The translations under genes and the position numbers were made by a program. 64,000 nt of DNA from Perkinsus chesapeaki ATCC PRA-425 (Eukaryota; Protista; Perkinsozoa). The notes under the pieces were generated by a model, which saw only the letters and a list, made by a program, of their open reading frames with translations, was not told the DNA's origin and did not search any database. Where the stretch lies: contig JAAPAO010000121.1 in the NCBI GenBank assembly GCA_013115145.1, positions 6,392 to 70,391 on the forward strand, in the 5' to 3' direction. Below, piece by piece: positions 57,734-64,000 of this stretch (position 1 is the first letter of the stretch; each line of letters opens with the position of its first letter).

Positions 57734-58286
57734 CTTTCGTACCCAGTCCAAGAACTTCGATGCACCGTCATTGCAAGGGGCAGTTTGTGCAACAACTTTC
57801 ATGGCAATCACAAATACCGTACAATTGAAAAGGTTGAAGAAGGCGGGACCTGATGGAATAATATCGTCGAGGCATCCTAGGTACCTTAACATAAGAAAGA
57901 GCTAAAACGGTCATTGTTAGTTCAGGATTTAGCGCAGAGTACATGGCGATGTCTGCTGACCACTTGAGTCGAGCGCCTCTTTCCAGGCATTACCGTTGGC
58001 GGCCGCGTCCAAGACTGTACTTGAAAAAGCCACTATTGCCATTAATAACGTTCCTGTTTTCAATAGACCTTTATTGCCTAATGACGGTAATACAGATATT
58101 AATGTGCTTAGAATACCCAACAATCCAGCTATGCATAGGCTCTGAATAGAGAGGGTTCTATTGTATACCATTACGAGGAGGAGCATAGGCTACCCAATAT
58201 AAAGAGACGCAAATAGGGCGAGGAAGCCAATCTCCGAGGGATATCTCAAGATTATCTACTCCTTTGGAAAAGTCCCTGACATTGAG
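57734..58286. repeat. Degenerate direct repeat copy 1 (homologous to 61576-62119), coding-like relic, possibly TE-derived
   Basis: Shared blocks such as cattaccgttggcg, ttgcctaatgacgg.aatacagatattaa, tacccaacaatccagctat and gaaa.gtccct.acatt. Many differences fall at third positions. Multiple stops and frameshifts. Confidence 0.75.
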
Positions 58287-59852
58287 ATATGAAGCGCTAT
58301 CTACACGTCTTGTCTTACATCGTGGGATTTATCCCTTATATCGCCATGAACCAAACACATGATACTGCTGCAGCTAAAGCCCCGAGGAAGAAGTCTGACA
58401 TCTCGCAGAAAAGTGAATCTACTATCTGAGAGCAAATGATGACATTACTCAGAACTGCCTACGGAAGTTAAACCGATACCTAAAGATCCGAATGACGCTA
58501 AGCCGCTCAGAAATTCCTATTTGTCTGAATATTTCTTGTAGATTACCGTCACTAAGCGGCGCCGCCCTGGTGCCACAGGCTCCTGGGGACGTCCGAGGGG
58601 CTTCTTGGCGCCGTCAAGTGCTTGCGCCACGCGGATCAGCAGGTAACAGGTCACCACCGCTCCCGCATGCCTCCTCGAGGGGCTGCAGAGAGGGTAGTCG
58701 ATGGGTATACGTGGAGCATTCACAACATTAGGTTGGCGTTACGAACTCAGTAATAATGAAGGACCATGTGCATGAACCATTTCTGTGTGACTCTTGTGTG
58801 GAGGGAGGCCTCGGGGCCTCAGCGTAGATGTTCCTTGCACAAGAATGCGCCACTCACCTCTGGGAGTCGATTGCAATCACAGGAAGCTCCGAAGTCTGAC
58901 ATTCTCGGCGTATCCGAATATCGAGTCGGGAATTCAAAATTTCAGGTCAAGTCACTTGAATCAAGTGGACCATACGATCCCCGAGGGCCCCGAGTCGGGG
59001 AGACTGTGCTGAGACGTGGATAGTCGCAGTCTCAACGCCCAGCGCCCGCCCATGGGCAGCCGCTGTCCCGGAGGGAGGGAGCGTAGCTTGCCTCGTTATG
59101 AGTTTGAAGCCCAAGGTGAGAGAAAGTCACACCTATATTCTCAAGGCACTATTCGACAATCTGAGTTTTTTGTTCTGTAACAGAAGTCTGTTGTGTTCGT
59201 GGATCTGCACTCAACCGATCTGTCTCCAGGAGGCACAGGCCCTGTGCCACAGGGTGATAACTAAACGCACAGTGCAGATTTATAGCTCTCATCTATGTGT
59301 AAAAAACGCCAAAAACGCTCTATCTATCCAAAAAACGTAAACTAGTAATCGCTTTTCGGACGAAGCTTTCTTACGAGTCACCCCGGACTGGAAAGTTAAT
59401 CTTTCTTACTGTATTTTTTCGAGCTACACGGGAACCAGATATGATACAATATCAGAAACTACTACTCTGTGACGAAGGGTCTGCGTCATTTTGATGGAAA
59501 ATCGGAACTGTTTCTCTCCGAGTTGGTGCGATCTGCTTGAGTCCCGCAAGACCGTTCCCAGTGATCAAAGCTGTAACCAGCGCACAGATAGAACACAACG
59601 CGTTCAGAGCAGACGGAGACGCTCTTCAAGAAAGCGAATGATACCTTACCCCCGTTGCCCGGTTCGTAGCGAGCTTGCTCGAAAGCAAGTAATAATTGAA
59701 AAACGTTTAAGACTCTTAAATTGAGAGTAAGGTTCTGAGTTGTTAGAACGTTCAAGCGATCAGGTAAAAATACTATCTAAAAACTGTAGGGCTTGGGAAG
59801 CCGGGTGAATCAGATTTCGAGGCTAAAAAGGGTAGCTAAAAATGATACTGCA

Positions 59853-61181
59853 TCAAAGGTGTGAGTTGTAGCGGAGGTTTCTCTGGGTATTACTTGGACG
59901 AAGGTTGTACATACTTATAGCTCTTTTGATAGATGATAAGATATTCAAAGCACCACCACCCGGCCTCAGAGGTTTATGGGCGACTTGGAAGCGATCAGCA
60001 TCAGCGAGAAGTATACGTTTGACCATCAAAGGCTCGACACCCAATGATAGGAGTATAGCAGCAGCGCCGCTCACCATAGGAGTTGCAAAAGAGGTGCCCG
60101 AGGACCATTCGTGAAGACCCGAGAAGCCACGCCCAGTATATACGTCCTCTCCGAAAGCAGCGATGTCCACACGGTCACCGAAATTTGAGAACCCTGCAAG
60201 ATTGTAGATCGGGTCGTTATTGAGGGCGGCCACGCACATAGCGTTGGGACCACCATACCAGCACGGATAGCAGTCGTGGGCATCTTCGTCGTCATTACCA
60301 GCTGCGGACACCAGCAGAATATTACGCTCCTGTGCTCTCAGCATCACGGTCTCCAAGAGGGCTCTCTCGGCTGAATAATGACTGATGTGATATCTCAGGG
60401 ACATAGAAATCACATCAACGCCGATATCCATTGCCATTTCGAGGGCCTCTATGAGCTCAGACAATCCTCCACTAATTTGTAAAGATACCAAACGGACATG
60501 GTCTGGAGCGACTCCAACCATGCCGGCAGAATTATTGCCACGAGCCGCAAGGACACGGCTAACGCGCTGACCATGATAAAATGGCGTGACGGTGAGAGTC
60601 GAGCTGTCACCTATGAAGTTCCATCCACCGTCGATAACTCTACCATAACTAGTATTAAATGTGCTCTTCAGCGGTGCCATGTCCGGATCAGTAAAGTCAA
60701 CTCCTTGATCGATGACGGCCACTGTGACATCTTTCCTCGGATATTGCTGAATAAGCCCCCAGACGTCTCCCATTCTCATACGGTCTAATTGGGTCTGGAA
60801 CTTTGTATTCGGGTCATTAACATGCAGACTGTCATCAAGTTCGGTCATTTCGCCGTTGATGTCCTTCCCGCAGGTGACAACCAGGTCTGGTAAATGTCGT
60901 TCAGCCTCATGTAGGTAAGCGCAGAAGTCAGCATTGCTCACAGAACCAGTCGATGTCGGTACAATTTGAGTTTGAGCGAATTTCAGCGTCTTGATGCGGG
61001 ATGAAGAAAGAAAGGAGGTGATCCTTAGGTCCTCTTGAACACCAGCCTGAGAGAGAAGGTCCGGAATAGTATTGACGTCAACCACCGAGCCACCAGAGAG
61101 GATAGAAGCAATGGTTCGCTCTCCATGGACATCTTGAGGAGCTGCCTGGCAGGCGAGTAGGAAGGCAGAGACAATACGCAT
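59853..61181 (-). CDS. S8 subtilisin type B without Thr linker, intronless
   Basis: VAVIDQGVD, YHGQ, AAGNDD and SGTSFATP motifs. Pro-region RTIASILSGG..IP..LSQAG is homologous to the 28/32 kb pair. ATG is at 61181. Confidence 0.9.
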   Translation of the reverse strand: MRIVSAFLLACQAAPQDVHGERTIASILSGGSVVDVNTIPDLLSQAGVQEDLRITSFLSSSRIKTLKFAQTQIVPTSTGSVSNADFCAYLHEAERHLPDLVVTCGKDINGEMTELDDSLHVNDPNTKFQTQLDRMRMGDVWGLIQQYPRKDVTVAVIDQGVDFTDPDMAPLKSTFNTSYGRVIDGGWNFIGDSSTLTVTPFYHGQRVSRVLAARGNNSAGMVGVAPDHVRLVSLQISGGLSELIEALEMAMDIGVDVISMSLRYHISHYSAERALLETVMLRAQERNILLVSAAGNDDEDAHDCYPCWYGGPNAMCVAALNNDPIYNLAGFSNFGDRVDIAAFGEDVYTGRGFSGLHEWSSGTSFATPMVSGAAAILLSLGVEPLMVKRILLADADRFQVAHKPLRPGGGALNILSSIKRAISMYNLRPSNTQRNLRYNSHL

Positions 61182-61575
61182 GGTAGGCAATAAAAGTTAA
61201 ACCTGAGATGGAGGTCGAATTCCGTAAGGAAGAGAATCCTTCCGAGGAGCCACCATTATTTATAGTTGTTCAGGAGTGGATTAGGTGACATATCATATGT
61301 CTCTTGGTGACGTTGACACGTCACCACGCTGCCAGGCGCGTCTACAGGGCCTGGCGCAACGACGTCACAGCCACGCTGTTGAGGGAGTGTTAACCATCAG
61401 GGAACTCAAGGAACCAAAGTGAGGCAAGAATCTGAAAATCTAATCTTAACTTCGTACATTAATAGCAGTACTAGCGTCGAGCTGAGCTTAAGGCTCCATT
61501 GTTGTGCAGTTGCACAACAACAGGGAGACTGTCGCCGATGGGGCGGAGTTGGATAAAAGAGGGAATCTCCGCCAA

Positions 61576-62119
61576 CCTTCGTACCAAGTTCAAGAACTTA
61601 GATTCGCGGCATTACAAGCGATAGTGTATGCTCATTCTCTCGTGGCCATCAGCAATACTGTACAATGGAAAGATGTTGAGAAGGTGAGACCTGATCGCAT
61701 AAGTACGGCGAGGCATTCCAGGCACCTCCAGATATGGGAGGCCAAAATTCGTTTAGGGTTAGCACAGGGGACTCCGCACAAGAGCCTCTCCGGGCACTAC
61801 CGTTGGCGATAGAGTCGAAGGCTGCACTTAGAGCAGCTACTCTTGCAATTTCTAAGTTATCAATACGTTATTAATAATAACGCCCCTGTTTTCAGTAGGG
61901 CCTTGTTGCCTAATGACGGCAATACAGATATTAACTTTCTTATAGTACCCAACAATCCAGCTATACACAGGCTCTAAATAGAAATGCGCCATTACAAGGA
62001 GAAGCATTCGCTACAAAATATTACGAGACACAATTAGGACGTGGGAGACCGTTTCCGAGGAACCTTCCGAGGAACGTTCCGAGATTATCTTCTCCTTCAG
62101 GAAAGTCCCTAACATTAAG
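61576..62119. repeat. Degenerate direct repeat copy 2 (homologous to 57734-58286)
   Basis: Visual alignment as for copy 1. Contains a small internal duplication (ttccgaggaa three times). Confidence 0.75.
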
Positions 62120-64000
62120 GGTTCAAAGCATATATATGATTCTCGTCGTATTATACGGAAATATACGACTCGTATATTTCCGGGATTATCCCGGATACCA
62201 CCATAAACCGAATCCTTGATACTGAAGCAGCCAAAGGCCTAAGGGAGTCTGGCACCCTGTAGAAAATTGGCTTTCTATTAGAGAACAAATCATGAGATTG
62301 CTTGACGCCTGTGTGCACACCTGCAGCGTAGACCCGAGTGACGGGAAAACGGTGCATAATTTTCTAGTTCTTGAAAGCTCTTTGGTCTGGGGAGCTTCAC
62401 CAAGCACCTGTGTGCGGACCAAGGCGCTTGCGGGGCTTGTACAACAATGCTTCCCGCATGCGACTTTAATGGCAACAAAAAGGCAACTCGGAATCCGAGT
62501 CTCGGATACATGGTTGAAGGAGAAAAGGCCGATACAGCATCGGCGATACTATCATATCGGTCCGATATTATCGGACATATGTTGCAGCGGTGGCCGGTGG
62601 AGACGGATATATTATATTCGATACAATTTCACAATACTAGTTCTTCCTATTATAGGTGTTTTGCGCATGCGTGCGTCTACGCCGGACCGCTCGAGGATTC
62701 AAAAGGGACACAGTACCCGCCAAGTCTAAAGACTGTATTTACTTTCGTGGGTTTCACGCATTTATTTTTCCTAGTTCGCCTTTGAAATTTTAACACAGAG
62801 GTTTTATACTATGACAAGTGCATTACGCGCGCTAACGTAACCGTTTCCCGTGTACGGGACGACTTAGATTAATAATTAAAGAAGCCGTAGAAGATCTAGG
62901 GTTAGGGGTTGTTCTAGATGATGGTGTAGCGTCGTTAGACGGAGGGGGTGCAGAGGGAGTTAAACCTGTTGAATCATGAGAGAAAACAGAGCGATTGAGA
63001 GTAGATCATTTCGTCCCAGATCTAAGTAGCATCCCGTTTGGCTTGTAACACGACTAAAAGAGGCAACCAGATATAGTAGAGCGAGTGGTTAGACGAGCTC
63101 AAGATACTAGTTAAACGCAAGAGTTTGGTTATAACTAGATTAGACTATAGATGCAGATACTAACGAGTAGATACCACAGCTAATAGATTAGAACAGACTA
63201 AATAGGAGTCCAACTATATCGCAAATAGTTCAGATAGAACTCAATATAAGTTCCCTAGAGAACTCAGTGTAAGTTCTCCTAGTTTTTAGGTTCCTAAGAG
63301 GAACTGTAGAACAGTTATCTTAGAACCGTTGCAGATATGGCAGTTTCAGGCGAGCGATAAAGAAGTAGCGCTGTCCCTCGGACGGCACACCCGAAAAAGC
63401 GGGCGAGCCAAATTTTCAGAGCACCTACTGTGACAGGACTTTGTGCATGTACTTCCCGACCAATGTGTACTCACTAGTTAGTGCCAAGCTCCATTAAAAA
63501 GCACTCAACACTATTTCAGTATGCAGCTATACCTCGAGCCTGAACTAAGTCCTATACTAGCCCCTAGTAACTAGAGTTGGTTGAGGCCGGAAGTCCTCGC
63601 TGTCATTCAGGTCTACGAGCCCTTCGTGCCCTAGTCCAACGGCTGTTTCAGCTTAATGCATTTGTCATAGTGTAAAAGCTCTATGTTTGAATTTCAAAGC
63701 CAAATTCGAAGAGTTAAATGTGTGACGACCGCCAAAGTATATACGGTCTTTAGATGGCGGCCCGCCTTTGGCGGGTACTATACACCGTGATAACTGTACT
63801 CACGGTATAGAGTTGTGGGACCTACCATGTAAACGGTAACTCGCCATTCTTCAGGATAAAAGATGTGACAACTCGTCACTAACAAGCCACCTTAGACAGG
63901 AAAAATTTTCTACCTCATTCGGTTGAGCTGCAGCGTCTTGTGGCTCAAGAACAGTTCTTCCCAGTGACAACTCGGCAACTTCATAAGAATTTGAGTCATT

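Noticed and set aside
57929-58186. Hydrophobic 85-aa minus ORF resembling an MFS fragment
   Set aside because: Lies within the degenerate direct repeat. The same frame has stops upstream in both copies, and the coding frame is ambiguous.

Overview
Eukaryotic, intron-rich protist DNA rather than prokaryotic. The short introns, compact gene spacing and intronless subtilisin family are most consistent with a Perkinsus-like alveolate (inference; no search run). There are two N-gaps (about 16703-16797 and 38773-38871), both inside minisatellites. The left part is a block of spliced housekeeping genes: an RS-rich protein (partial), an ABHD-type hydrolase, an FCP1/SCP HAD phosphatase, an intronless BtpA-barrel/APRT-like fusion, a cupin, a CRT-like transporter, a PGY-repeat (FAM166-like) protein, a BBOF1-like coiled-coil protein and a DCAF6/8-like WD40+TPR gene. 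The 2.3 kb first intron of the WD40 gene holds a spliced antisense GNAT acetyltransferase with a hydrophobic N-terminus. The right part is accessory-like. It carries five of the six intronless S8 subtilisins (two subfamilies, two tandem pairs with homogenised tracts, one copy with a premature stop), two paralogous Cys-rich type I membrane proteins of no family I recognise, ATAT1/MEC-17 with a probable GC-AG intron, a pogo-like transposase relic, a three-domain Thr-rich secreted protein and TpA-rich degenerate repeats. Exon structures were reconstructed by hand from splice signals and motif continuity, so gene ends are approximate where stated. No rRNA, complete tRNA or CRISPR array is supported.
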